From Candidatus Saccharibacteria bacterium UBA3304 (GTDB lineage: Bacteria > Patescibacteriota > Saccharimonadia > Saccharimonadales > Saccharimonadaceae): a DNA stretch of 64,000 bases. Position 1 is the first letter of the stretch. Each line of letters starts with the position of its first letter. The position numbers and the translations under genes are program-made. The notes under the pieces are model-generated. The model did not search any database. It saw only the letters and a program-made list of their open reading frames with translations, and had not been told where the DNA came from. Below are positions 28,634 through 41,648 of this stretch, piece by piece. The stretch lies in assembly GCA_002361425.1 (NCBI GenBank), contig DESW01000014.1, forward strand, positions 376-64,375. The letters are read 5' to 3'.

Positions 28634-29307
28634 TGCCGCTTCTGACGCTTAAGAAACTTCGCCTTGGCTACGATGATAAAACTATCATAAAAGATGCTAG
28701 CTTCGCGCTAGAGCAGGGTGATTTTGCTTGTGTTGTTGGCACGAATGGTTGCGGTAAAAGTACGCTCATTCGCGGCATCCTTGGCCTCATTAAACCGCAG
28801 TCCGGCACGATAAAGTACGACAATCTCGATCATACTCAGATTGGCTATTTGCCTCAAGAAACGCGCGTTGATGCGAATTTCCCGGCTACGGTCGAAGAGA
28901 TTGTTTTGACTGGTTGTCTCGGCCATATGAAGATGCGCCCATTTTATTGTCATAGTGAACATAAACATGTACACGAGAGTCTAAAGAAGCTCGGCATTGA
29001 CGCGCTCGCGAAGAAAAGTTTTGTTGATTTGTCTGGCGGCCAAAAGCAGAAGGTCTTACTTGCACGCTCGCTTTCCGCGACTAAAAAACTCCTTATTCTC
29101 GATGAGCCTTCTAACAATCTTGATTTCAAGTCACGCAAAGATTTCTATGCCACTCTCGGCAAGCTCAATAAAGAGCACGGTTTGACGATTATGATGATTA
29201 CGCATGACCTCGATGCCGATGATCTCATTGGCAATAAAGTCATCGCGATTAAGGATGGTGTTGTAAATATTACAACAACTAAAGAATATCTCAGGAGCTA
29301 CCGCTAA
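28633..29307 (+). CDS. znuC: Metal ABC transporter ATP-binding protein
   Basis: GTNGCGKST, IGYLPQ, FPATVEE, LSGGQKQ and LDEP motifs. Confidence 0.9.
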   Translation: MPLLTLKKLRLGYDDKTIIKDASFALEQGDFACVVGTNGCGKSTLIRGILGLIKPQSGTIKYDNLDHTQIGYLPQETRVDANFPATVEEIVLTGCLGHMKMRPFYCHSEHKHVHESLKKLGIDALAKKSFVDLSGGQKQKVLLARSLSATKKLLILDEPSNNLDFKSRKDFYATLGKLNKEHGLTIMMITHDLDADDLIGNKVIAIKDGVVNITTTKEYLRSYR

Positions 29308-30113
29308 TGTTTGATATGTTTACTTATCCGTTTATGCAGCGTGCATTATTGGTCGGCTTAATGATCGCTATCTGCGCTGCTCTCGTTGGTGTTTCGCTTG
29401 TTCTTCGCAAGAACTCAATGATCGGCGATGGCCTTAGTCATACTGCTTTTTCGGCCTTTGCGCTCGCGACGGTACTTGGTTTGACGCCACTTTACTTCGC
29501 TTTGCCGGTTGTAATTATCGCTTCATTCTTCGTTTTGCGCCTTAGTCAGAATCGCAAGATGCACGGCGATGCGGCAATCGCAGTTCTATCGGCTTCCAGT
29601 CTTGCGATTGGCACTATGGCGATTTCCGTCTCGAAGGGCGTGAATATTGATTTAAATAGCTACTTATTTGGTAGTATTCTCTCGGTTAGTTGGGGCGATG
29701 TATTACTAAGCGCTATTCTTGCAGTGGTTGTCATTCTGCTATACTTATTTGCTTATCATCGCATCTTTGCGATTACTTTTGACGAGGAATTCGCGAAATC
29801 AGTTGGCGTTAAAACAGGTGTTTACGACGCGATTTTTGCAGCTATCTGCTCGGTCGTGGTCGTACTCGGCATGCGCCTGCTCGGCTCGTTATTGATTTCT
29901 AGCCTAGTTATTTTTCCGACTCTCAGCGCCATGCGCCTATGTCGCACCTTCAAGGGCATCGTCTTTACTTCTGTAATTATCTCGATTATTGCATTTGTGG
30001 CTGGCCTAATGGCGTCCTATACTTTCGCTACACCAACCGGCGCAACAGTGGTAATTGCGAACTTAATTATCTTTGTGATTGCATATCTTATCGAAAAAAT
30101 CCGAAAGTGCTAG
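29307..30113 (+). CDS. znuB: Metal ABC transporter permease
   Basis: FMQRALL, GDGLSH, YLFGSIL and FDEEFA motifs. Confidence 0.9.
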   Translation: MFDMFTYPFMQRALLVGLMIAICAALVGVSLVLRKNSMIGDGLSHTAFSAFALATVLGLTPLYFALPVVIIASFFVLRLSQNRKMHGDAAIAVLSASSLAIGTMAISVSKGVNIDLNSYLFGSILSVSWGDVLLSAILAVVVILLYLFAYHRIFAITFDEEFAKSVGVKTGVYDAIFAAICSVVVVLGMRLLGSLLISSLVIFPTLSAMRLCRTFKGIVFTSVIISIIAFVAGLMASYTFATPTGATVVIANLIIFVIAYLIEKIRKC

Positions 30114-30150
30114 CATTTTTGAGATTCGCGTGTTATAATCAATAGCAGTT

Positions 30151-30226
30151 GCGGGTTTAGCTCAGTTGTTAGAGCGCTTCCTTGCCAAGGAAGAGGTCGA
30201 GAGTTAGAGTCTCTTAACCCGCACCA
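30151..30226 (+). tRNA. tRNA-Gly (GCC) with non-canonical D/T loops
   Basis: Acceptor GCGGGTT/AACCCGC, anticodon arm cttcc-TTGCCAA-ggaag and CCA. Confidence 0.9.
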
Positions 30227-30323
30227 TTTTTTTATGCTATGATTTTTTATACGGCGGCGTATTCTTCTAAGATTTAGCCCTGGGATTACTCCCGGGGCTT
30301 TTTAGCGTGCTATAATAATAGAT

Positions 30324-31188
30324 ATGGCAGTTTCCATGCGCAAGCAGATCGCGCAGAATAAACGCAACACTATTTTTATTATCATCGTTTTTGTTGCTTT
30401 CATTTCGCTAATTGGCGGCATTTTTGCCTGGCTCTACGACAATCCTTCCGTCCTTATTACGACTGCAATTATTTCCGCTGCCTATGCTTTAATTCAGTAT
30501 TTCTTAGCAGACAAACTTGCAATTCTTGGCACGGGTGCGCGCCAAATCGAAAAGGTTGAAAATCCTCGCTATTACAAGATTGTCCAGCAGCTTGCCGAAG
30601 ATGCTAAGCTCCCGATGCCTAAGGTTTATATTATCGACGACCCAGCGCCGAATGCTTTCGCGACTGGTCGCGACCCACAACATGCCTGCGTTGCTGCTAC
30701 GACTGGCCTACTTGAAATTATGGATGATAAAGAGCTCCGTGCAGTAATGGGGCACGAATTATCGCATGTAAAGAACTACGATATTCGCGTTAATATGATT
30801 GTCTTTGGTCTCGCTTCTATCGTTGGTCTTATTTCCGACATGGGCCTTCGTATGCTTTTTTGGAGCGATCGCGACGAAGAAGATAACTCTCCAGTCGGTG
30901 TTTTATTCGCGCTTATTACGCTCATTCTCGCACCATTCGTTGCCACTATGATTCAGCTCGCAGTTTCGCGTCAGCGCGAATATCTTGCCGATGCTTCGTC
31001 GGCTGCGCTTACTGATACCGATGACATGATTGATGCTCTTCGCAAACTTGATACTCATCACCGCCCAATGCGCCAGCAGAACGTTGCGGCGGAAGCGCTT
31101 TTTATTGCTGGCCCTCTGAAAAAATCGATTATTAGTAAAATTTTTGCAACCCACCCACCGCTAGAGGCGCGCATAGAAAGGCTTGAAA

Positions 31189-31202
<14 letters not shown>
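30324..31202 (+). CDS. htpX: M48 family zinc metalloprotease HtpX
   Basis: PNAFATG, HELSH, SRQREYLAD and THPP motifs. Confidence 0.93.
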
Positions 31203-34207
<3,005 letters not shown>

Positions 34208-34208
34208 T

Positions 34209-34622
34209 ATGAAAATTTGTGTTTCTTGCAGCCTTAGCTTTCCTGATGAGGTTCAAGCCGTCGCAGATGAGCTCAAAAAACTGGGTCACGAAGTAGATTT
34301 ACCGAATGGTATTATGAACCGCGCCATCGAGCAAGCAGATTTTGATGCGGTTTCCGCCAAGCATGATGGTGGCTACGACGCAATGCGTGCACACTTCACT
34401 AAAATCCGTGAAGCCGATGCGCTCCTCGTCTGCAACTTTACAAAGAAGGGCATCGATAACTACATTGGCGCCAATACTTTTCTCGAAATGGGCTATGCCT
34501 ACTCATTGGAGCTTCCAGTCTATACTTATAACCCCCTTCCGGACCAACCATATATTAACGACGAGCTCCGCGCCTTCGATGTCATCGAATTAAGTAAAGA
34601 TTTAACTAAAATACATAACTAA
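34209..34622 (+). CDS. Nucleoside 2-deoxyribosyltransferase-like hypothetical protein
   Basis: KIREADALLV...YIGANTFLEMGYA pattern. Confidence 0.55.
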   Translation: MKICVSCSLSFPDEVQAVADELKKLGHEVDLPNGIMNRAIEQADFDAVSAKHDGGYDAMRAHFTKIREADALLVCNFTKKGIDNYIGANTFLEMGYAYSLELPVYTYNPLPDQPYINDELRAFDVIELSKDLTKIHN

Positions 34623-34748
34623 TCGACAGTAATCTCTGAAAGCTTTGCGCAGGCTACGGCCGAGCAAAAGCAGTCGTCGCCCGTAACGACGGGCCGACGA
34701 ACTGCTGCGCTTTTAGAGATTACTGACGGTTAGAGTATATGTATTTTA
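34607..34748 (+). repeat. Structured intergenic element, copy 2
   Basis: Outer arms cagtaatctctgaaagc / gcttttagagattactg and taaaatacata / tatgtatttta; same apex core as copies 1 and 3. Confidence 0.85.
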
Positions 34749-34754
34749 TTTAAA

Positions 34755-34781
34755 TTAGCACTCTTGCATTCCGAGTGCTAA
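34755..34781. promoter_or_regulatory. CIRCE element (HrcA operator) upstream of clpC
   Basis: Exact TTAGCACTC-N9-GAGTGCTAA containing the -35 (TTGCAT), with TATAAT 17 nt later. Confidence 0.95.
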
Positions 34782-34798
34782 TTGACTATAATAGGGGT

Positions 34799-37273
34799 AT
34801 GGTAGATGAATTTAGCGAAATTATGAACCATCTCAGCGAAAATGCGCGCTTTGCGTTGCAGAAAGCTGACTATTTTTCCAAACGCTACAATCAAGGCTAC
34901 ATGGGCACCGAGCATCTCTTGATGGGCATTATGGCTCAGGACACTTGTACTGGCGCTAAAATTTTAGCTAGTGAGGGCGTTGACCTTGACCAAATCGAGC
35001 GCGCACAGGGCAAGGTTGCCGTCGATGTTCCGGCTGCGCCAATGGCAATGATGTCTCTTTCCGAAGCAACTGTTCTTACGCTTCGTATGTCTCTCAACTT
35101 CGTCAAGGAGAATGGCCTCGACATTGTTGGTACTGAGCATATCGTTTATTCGCTTTTGCGCCAGCCAAATTCTCGTGCTAGTGTTCTTTTGAATCAGCTC
35201 GACGTTGACTTAGATAAGGTCGCGAATGAGATTGAAGAACTTATCGAAAAACAGGCCGACGAAGCTAAACTTGAAGCTCGGAAACGCAAGGCTGGCAAAC
35301 GTCCAACTTTCCGCTGGCTTAATAAATTTGGTACTGACCTTACCGACCAGGCAAAGCAGGGCAAACTCGATACTGTTATTGGCCGCGACCAGGAAATCGA
35401 ACGTGCTGTTACGGTTCTTTGCCGCCGCACAAAATCTAATCCGGTCCTCATTGGCGAGGCTGGCGTCGGTAAAACTGCTATCGTTGAAGGCCTTGCGATG
35501 CGCATCGCAAAAAACGATGTACCGAGTGCTTTGATTGGTAAACGTATATACCAAATCGACCTTAGCTCTGTCGTTGCTGGCACGAAATTCCGCGGCGAAT
35601 TTGAGGAGCGCATTAAAGGTATTATTGACGAAGCGGTCGACAATGATGACGTAATCCTATTCATCGATGAGCTCCATTTGCTCGCTGGCGCTGGTAGTGC
35701 AGAAGGTAGCATGGACGCCGCAAATATTCTCAAGCCAGCTCTCGCACGCAACCAGCTCAAACTCATTGGCGCAACCACCCTTGATGAATATCGCAAGAAT
35801 ATCGAAAAGGATAAAGCACTTGCTCGCCGCTTCCAAACCGTCATGGTTAACGAACCATCGCCAACTATTACGCTCCGCATTTTGAAGGGCATCAAAAAAC
35901 ATTACGAAGAGCACCATCAAGTCACGATTTCTGATGAAATTCTTGAAGAAGCAATTAATCTTTCCGAACGCTATATTTCTGATCGTTTCATGCCAGACAA
36001 AGTCATCGACGTAATCGATGAAGCTAGTGCAATCGCTCGCGTTTCACTCGATAAGGCTGGCGCTAGCGTTTATAAGAAAAATAAGATCGAACTTGCTGGC
36101 TTGCAGGAAAAAATCGAAGCTGCTGCCGAGAAAGAAGACTACGAAAAGGCTGCAGAATATAAGACTCGCGCTGCGCAGCTCGAAGCTGAAATTAAGAAGC
36201 TCGAAAAAGCTAATAAGAATCTCGATAAGGCTCCTGCGGTTACGAGCGATAATCTCGCCCAGGCAATCAGCCTCAAGACTGGCATTCCAGTTAGTCGTGT
36301 TCGCGGCTCCGAACAGGAACTGCTATTGAACCTCGAAAAGCATCTCCAGAAAGAAATTATCGGTCAGGATGCCGCAATTAAGGCAACTGCTAAGGCGATT
36401 CGCCGTGGCCGTTCCGGTATCGCAGATATCCATCGCCCAATTGGTTCCTTCATCTTCATGGGCCCAACCGGTGTCGGTAAAACTGAGCTCGCAAAAACCA
36501 TTGCGCGCGAAGTCTTTGGCGGCGATGATGCTTTGATTAAAATCGATATGTCCGAATTTGGCGAAAAGCACAATGTTGCTCGCCTCGTCGGTGCACCAGC
36601 TGGTTATGTTGGCTATGAAGATGGCGGCAAACTTACCGAGCAAATTCGTCGTCGCCCATATTCCGTTGTACTCTTTGACGAAATCGAAAAAGCTCATCCA
36701 GAAGTCTTCAATATTCTCCTTCAGATTCTTGAGGATGGCGAGTTGACCGACGGCCAGGGCACGAAAGTTAAGTTCAATAACTCGATTATTATTCTTACAA
36801 GTAATCTCGGCGCGGAAGACATGTATCGCGAATCCGAAATGGGCTTTGCGGCGAAAACGAAGCACGATGCAAAAGAGCTTGCGGCTGAACATGACGCTAA
36901 CGAAGCTGCTGCAATGAAAGCACTTCGCAAACTCATGCGCCCAGAACTCATTAATCGTTTTGATGCAATCGTTACCTTCAACGCACTCAGTGAAAAGAAC
37001 GTCGAGCAAATCTTCAATAATATGATTGAGGATCTCAAGAAGCGCCTCGCTACTAAATCGATTGGTCTCGAAATTACGCCAAGCGCCAAGAAACATCTCA
37101 TCGAAGAAGGTTACGACATTAAGAATGGTGCACGCCCAATGCGCCGCGCCATCGAAGACGAAGTCGAAACTTTGCTTGCTGATGGCATTCTTGCCGGTAA
37201 GCTCAATAAGGGCGATATTGCCAAGATTGAGTATCAGAAGGGCAAGTTTACGCTCGTTAAAGCACGCGAATAA
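34799..37273 (+). CDS. clpC: ATP-dependent Clp protease ATP-binding subunit ClpC
   Basis: Clp N repeats (GTEH), two AAA modules (GEAGVGKT, GPTGVGKT) and UVR-like middle domain; start set to ATG 34799. Confidence 0.93.
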   Translation: MVDEFSEIMNHLSENARFALQKADYFSKRYNQGYMGTEHLLMGIMAQDTCTGAKILASEGVDLDQIERAQGKVAVDVPAAPMAMMSLSEATVLTLRMSLNFVKENGLDIVGTEHIVYSLLRQPNSRASVLLNQLDVDLDKVANEIEELIEKQADEAKLEARKRKAGKRPTFRWLNKFGTDLTDQAKQGKLDTVIGRDQEIERAVTVLCRRTKSNPVLIGEAGVGKTAIVEGLAMRIAKNDVPSALIGKRIYQIDLSSVVAGTKFRGEFEERIKGIIDEAVDNDDVILFIDELHLLAGAGSAEGSMDAANILKPALARNQLKLIGATTLDEYRKNIEKDKALARRFQTVMVNEPSPTITLRILKGIKKHYEEHHQVTISDEILEEAINLSERYISDRFMPDKVIDVIDEASAIARVSLDKAGASVYKKNKIELAGLQEKIEAAAEKEDYEKAAEYKTRAAQLEAEIKKLEKANKNLDKAPAVTSDNLAQAISLKTGIPVSRVRGSEQELLLNLEKHLQKEIIGQDAAIKATAKAIRRGRSGIADIHRPIGSFIFMGPTGVGKTELAKTIAREVFGGDDALIKIDMSEFGEKHNVARLVGAPAGYVGYEDGGKLTEQIRRRPYSVVLFDEIEKAHPEVFNILLQILEDGELTDGQGTKVKFNNSIIILTSNLGAEDMYRESEMGFAAKTKHDAKELAAEHDANEAAAMKALRKLMRPELINRFDAIVTFNALSEKNVEQIFNNMIEDLKKRLATKSIGLEITPSAKKHLIEEGYDIKNGARPMRRAIEDEVETLLADGILAGKLNKGDIAKIEYQKGKFTLVKARE

Positions 37274-37297
37274 CGCGTTTATGCTAAAATTAGCTTA

Positions 37298-38389
37298 ATG
37301 GATCAAGATAATCCCAATGGTTTTGTTGAAAGCGAACGTGGTATTATTTTGAATGCGCCACTGCCAGAAGAAAGGCAGTCTCCGACTGCGCCCGCGCCAA
37401 AACCGCCAAAGAAACATGAGGGCAAAATTGTCGGTCTTGTCCTATTCATACTCGCGGCTGGCTTGATTGCTTTTGCGGCAACTCAAATCGACTATACGGC
37501 TATTTCCGATACGATTGCCGGCAATGGCTATGAAGCAGGTGAAGTCCTCGAAAAAGTTATCAGTGATATTGATTTGACTGATGACGGTATGCGCATTTTA
37601 AAGGCGACGCGCCCAGCTTTGCAGAGCGCAGATGAATTTAATAATAACTGCCAGTCGAAGGTTCAGAATTCATCAACTCTTGGCTGCTATCGTGATGGTC
37701 GTATCTATATCTACGATATTTATCGTGCAGAACTAGAGGGTATTCGCCAGGCTACGCTTGCGCATGAGTTTTTGCATGCCGTATGGGCACGCATGAGCGG
37801 TGCTGAACGCGAGAGTCTTTCTGCTTCATTGAAGAGTGTTTATGATAGTAATAAAACTATCCAGAAGGACATGGAAATTTATGATGTTTCGGATCCTAAC
37901 GACGAAATTCATTCACGTATAGGCACGCAGGTTGCGCCAGAAGAATTGCCGGAGGATTTACGCGCGCATTATGCAAAGTATTTCAAAAGCCATGCCGATA
38001 CAGTCGCATATTATGTTAAATATAATTTAGTTTTTGAGGACCTCACCACGCGCCTAGAGCAGTTGCAGGCTGACATTGCGGAAAACCGCAAAAAGCTCGA
38101 GATAATGAAAACTAATTATAAGAATGAGTACGATACGTTTAATGCGGATTTGAAGTCATATAATGAGCGTCGCAACGATCCAAAAGGCTTTTCTTCGGAT
38201 GAAGAATTCCGATTAACATATGAGAAGCTCGTAGATCAACAAAAACATCTCCAGGCCAGTTACAATACGCTCGTGTCCTATATTGAAGAAACTAATAAGC
38301 TTATTAACGACTATAACCAAAAGGCGCTTTATTCTAACGATTTGCAGCATAGCATCGATAGTAATTTCAAGCCAGCTGACAATTTTTAG
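37298..38389 (+). CDS. Membrane-anchored putative zincin metallopeptidase with coiled-coil tail
   Basis: TM segment, LGCY, AHEFLHA (HExxH) and DEIHS. Confidence 0.6.
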   Translation: MDQDNPNGFVESERGIILNAPLPEERQSPTAPAPKPPKKHEGKIVGLVLFILAAGLIAFAATQIDYTAISDTIAGNGYEAGEVLEKVISDIDLTDDGMRILKATRPALQSADEFNNNCQSKVQNSSTLGCYRDGRIYIYDIYRAELEGIRQATLAHEFLHAVWARMSGAERESLSASLKSVYDSNKTIQKDMEIYDVSDPNDEIHSRIGTQVAPEELPEDLRAHYAKYFKSHADTVAYYVKYNLVFEDLTTRLEQLQADIAENRKKLEIMKTNYKNEYDTFNADLKSYNERRNDPKGFSSDEEFRLTYEKLVDQQKHLQASYNTLVSYIEETNKLINDYNQKALYSNDLQHSIDSNFKPADNF

Positions 38390-38412
38390 CACTCTTGCAT
38401 TTTGAGTGCTAA
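38386..38412. promoter_or_regulatory. CIRCE element upstream of clpP
   Basis: Exact TTAGCACTC-ttgcatttt-GAGTGCTAA. Confidence 0.95.
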
Positions 38413-38429
38413 TTTACTATAATGGAGCC

Positions 38430-39011
38430 ATGAAAGATTATTTGGTTCCAACAGTTATTGAAGAAGATAATCGCGGTGAACGTGCCTATGATATTTATTC
38501 GCGTTTGCTTAAAGAGCGCGTAGTATTCTTGGGCGAAGAGGTTAACTCTGCAACCGCAAACATCGTTATTGCACAGCTCTTGCATCTTGCTTATGAAGAT
38601 CCAAAGAAAGACATTAAGCTCTATATTAACTCTCCTGGCGGCTCCGTTTATGATGGTCTCGCTATTATCGATACGATGAACTATATCGAGCCAGATGTTC
38701 AGACTATCGGTATCGGCCTTCAGGCTTCCATGGGTGCAATGCTTCTTTCTGCTGGCACCAAGGGCAAACGTTTTGCGTTACCAAACTCTCGCATTATGAT
38801 TCATCAGCCAAGCTCCGGCACGGAAGGTAAGATTACCGACCAGGAAATTGCTCTTCGTGAAGGCGTTTACTTAAAGAAAGTTCTCGCTGAAATGATGGCA
38901 AAGAACACTGGCAAGACTCTCGCTCAGGTTGAAAAAGACATGGATCGCGACAACTGGATGTCCGCCAAAGAAGCCAAAGAATACGGCATTATCGACGAAG
39001 TTATCGAATAA
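38430..39011 (+). CDS. clpP: ATP-dependent Clp protease proteolytic subunit
   Basis: [29 protein letters not shown] and DRDNWM motifs. Confidence 0.97.
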   Translation: MKDYLVPTVIEEDNRGERAYDIYSRLLKERVVFLGEEVNSATANIVIAQLLHLAYEDPKKDIKLYINSPGGSVYDGLAIIDTMNYIEPDVQTIGIGLQASMGAMLLSAGTKGKRFALPNSRIMIHQPSSGTEGKITDQEIALREGVYLKKVLAEMMAKNTGKTLAQVEKDMDRDNWMSAKEAKEYGIIDEVIE

Positions 39012-39059
39012 TAATGGCCAAGAAAAACACCCGAGTTTCCGGTACTCGGGTGTTTTTTC

Positions 39060-39719
39060 TTATCCGTTGAGATGGTCGATATCGATGTCATAATAACTTT
39101 GAATTTCTGCATCAATCTCGGCATTAATTTCGTCGAATTTGTCTTCTGGTGCCGTCAAAAGACGTATCTCGCGCCATAAATAATCAAGTTCGTCGAAACC
39201 AATCTGGACATTATAATCGTCGATTACTAGCCCAGTCGTAAAGTCTGTTGCAGAGAAATGATATTCGGTGTCTTCCCAACTGTTCCCGTCGATTTTTCCA
39301 AGTCTAATAACATCGCCATTCACCATTCGGGTGGCGGGTGAAATTTTTATTGCGACCTGGAAAGTCTCCTTGTCGTTGTAGTCGATTGGCTCGACAATAA
39401 TTTCATCTAGAGTGCTCGAAAGAACACATTTACAGCCAACTGCCTTGCAGAAAGCTGCTATATCGAAGAAATCGTTGTCGTTATAGAAGTCTGCCTCCAT
39501 GTAGCCCTTCATAGCTTCATAGGTTTGGACCTTAAGTTCTGCGGTGTGATCAATCTTTGGTGATTCTTCGGATGCAGATACAGGGGCAACCAGTGGCTCC
39601 TCAATTACTGTTACGGTAGCAGGTTTAGGCGCCTCTGCCGCTCTATTTTCGCCACTTACGCAGGCGATCATTGCTCCGCAAAATACTGTTGTAGCGAGAA
39701 AAATAACTAATCTTTTCAT
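39060..39719 (-). CDS. Exported or lipoprotein-like hypothetical protein
   Basis: Signal peptide with MIAC lipobox-like site; own promoter at 39810-39838 and GGAGG SD. Confidence 0.7.
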   Translation of the reverse strand: MKRLVIFLATTVFCGAMIACVSGENRAAEAPKPATVTVIEEPLVAPVSASEESPKIDHTAELKVQTYEAMKGYMEADFYNDNDFFDIAAFCKAVGCKCVLSSTLDEIIVEPIDYNDKETFQVAIKISPATRMVNGDVIRLGKIDGNSWEDTEYHFSATDFTTGLVIDDYNVQIGFDELDYLWREIRLLTAPEDKFDEINAEIDAEIQSYYDIDIDHLNG

Positions 39720-39857
39720 TTTCTACACACCTCCATTCAATGCGCGCAAAAAACTCCAACTCTTCCGGATAAGAATTTAAAGGAGCCTCGCAGTTACGCT
39801 AACCCTATTATTATACCACAAGCGGCTTAAAAAGTCAATACGTGCTACACTATAGGT

Positions 39858-41219
39858 ATGGCAAAATCCAAAGCAAAATTCGTCTGTCAAAACTGTGGTA
39901 CTAGCTACGTAAAATGGGCTGGTCGCTGCGAGAATTGCGGCGAATGGAATACTCTACTTGAGCAAGAAGTTCCGACTGAAGCCGAAGCGAAATCTGCGCT
40001 TTCTAAAGCGGCCGTTTCTGGCAAAAAACTTTCCGCTGTTTCTATCAATGAGATTGAACCTTCCGATGCCGGCAGTCGCCTAAAAACTGGTTTTCCTGAA
40101 CTTGATGGCGTACTCGGTGGCGGTATTTTGCTTGGCGGTGTTGCTTTACTCGCTGGTCAGCCGGGCATGGGCAAATCGACTATTTTAATGCAGATCTGTG
40201 CCACGATCTCTGGCTCCGGTCATAAAGTACTCTATGTTTCTGGTGAGGAATCGGCAGGGCAGGTCAAGATGCGCGCGATTCGTCTCGGTGCTAGCTCAGA
40301 TAAACTGCATTTTGCTAGCTCGTCTTCGGCGAACGATATCGCGAAAACTATTGAAGAAGACGGATACGATCTTGTGATTGTCGATTCGATTCAGACTCTA
40401 ATGATGGCGGAGATTTCTTCCGCGCCAGGTACAGTCAGTCAGGTTAGCAACTGCGGTAATCTCATTATTCGCGCTGCCAAATCTAGTGGCACTGCGGTTA
40501 TTATCGTTGGCCATGTCACTAAAGAGGGGACGCTTGCTGGCCCGAAAGTTCTCGAGCATCTCGTTGACGTGGTTTTGAATTTTGAGGGCGATCGTTATGG
40601 TGGCTTCAAGACCATCCGCGCCGTCAAAAACCGCTTTGGCTCGACGAATGAAGTTGCGATTTTTGAGATGGCGACCGAAGGTCTCGTAGAAGTGAAGAAT
40701 CCGTCCGAGGCTCTCCTTTCTGAACGTCAAAATACCGACGGTAGCATCATTATGGCGACTATTGAAGGCACGCGTCCGCTACTCGTTGAAATTCAGGCGC
40801 TCGTTAATACGACTAACTTTGGCTATCCGAAACGTACGGCTTCTGGCTTTGACTTAAATCGTCTCAACTTACTAATTGCCGTACTTGAAAAGCGCACTAA
40901 GCTCAAACTTCAGGACAAAGATATCTTTATCAACGTCGTTGGCGGCATGAAGCTTAATGATTCGGCTGCTGACCTCGCGATTTGTATGGCTATTGCTAGC
41001 GCCGCTGCGGGCCGCAAACTCGACGAAAAAGTCGTTGTCTTCGGTGAAGTTGGCCTTGGCGGGGAAATCCGTTCCGTTATCGCGCCAGACCGTCGCATTG
41101 CTGAAGCGAAGAAGCTTGGCTTCAAGAATGCAATCGCGCCAGCGACCGTCAAAGATAAGTTTGTTTTGCCGGTCAAGGATCTCCGCGATGCGCTCATAAA
41201 ATATATGAACAACAAATAG
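39858..41219 (+). CDS. radA: DNA repair protein RadA/Sms
   Basis: CQNCG...CENC zinc finger, GQPGMGKST and KNRFG motifs. Confidence 0.96.
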   Translation: MAKSKAKFVCQNCGTSYVKWAGRCENCGEWNTLLEQEVPTEAEAKSALSKAAVSGKKLSAVSINEIEPSDAGSRLKTGFPELDGVLGGGILLGGVALLAGQPGMGKSTILMQICATISGSGHKVLYVSGEESAGQVKMRAIRLGASSDKLHFASSSSANDIAKTIEEDGYDLVIVDSIQTLMMAEISSAPGTVSQVSNCGNLIIRAAKSSGTAVIIVGHVTKEGTLAGPKVLEHLVDVVLNFEGDRYGGFKTIRAVKNRFGSTNEVAIFEMATEGLVEVKNPSEALLSERQNTDGSIIMATIEGTRPLLVEIQALVNTTNFGYPKRTASGFDLNRLNLLIAVLEKRTKLKLQDKDIFINVVGGMKLNDSAADLAICMAIASAAAGRKLDEKVVVFGEVGLGGEIRSVIAPDRRIAEAKKLGFKNAIAPATVKDKFVLPVKDLRDALIKYMNNK

Positions 41220-41257
41220 TTGCATCTACCCCTAATCTGTGGTAAAATAATTCCAAT

Positions 41258-41524
41258 ATGATTACTAAAGATAACAAAGCTAAGGCTATTGCGAAGCTTG
41301 CCCGCAGCGACAAGGATGTCGGCTCTCCAGAGGTTCAGGTTGCTATTTTGACCGAGCGTATCAAGGAAGTTACCGAGCATGTCAAGGCAAACAAGCATGA
41401 CTTTATGGCTAAGCGCGGTCTCATCCAGATGGTTGGCCAGCGCAAAAAGTTGCTTAAGTATCTTGAGAAGACTGACTTCGAGACTTACAAAGCAACCGTC
41501 GCCAAACTTGGTCTCCGCAAATAA
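41258..41524 (+). CDS. rpsO: 30S ribosomal protein S15
   Basis: DVGSPEVQVAILT...LGLRK. Confidence 0.97.
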   Translation: MITKDNKAKAIAKLARSDKDVGSPEVQVAILTERIKEVTEHVKANKHDFMAKRGLIQMVGQRKKLLKYLEKTDFETYKATVAKLGLRK

Positions 41525-41648
41525 TTAAAATCCGACCCACGATATCAGGGCCGGATTTTTTTCTTGTCAAAAACAGGGCAAAAAAGAAAGACCCGCGAAT
41601 GGGCGGGTCTTATATGTTAGTTTCCAGTGACGCGTTATACTACTGACC

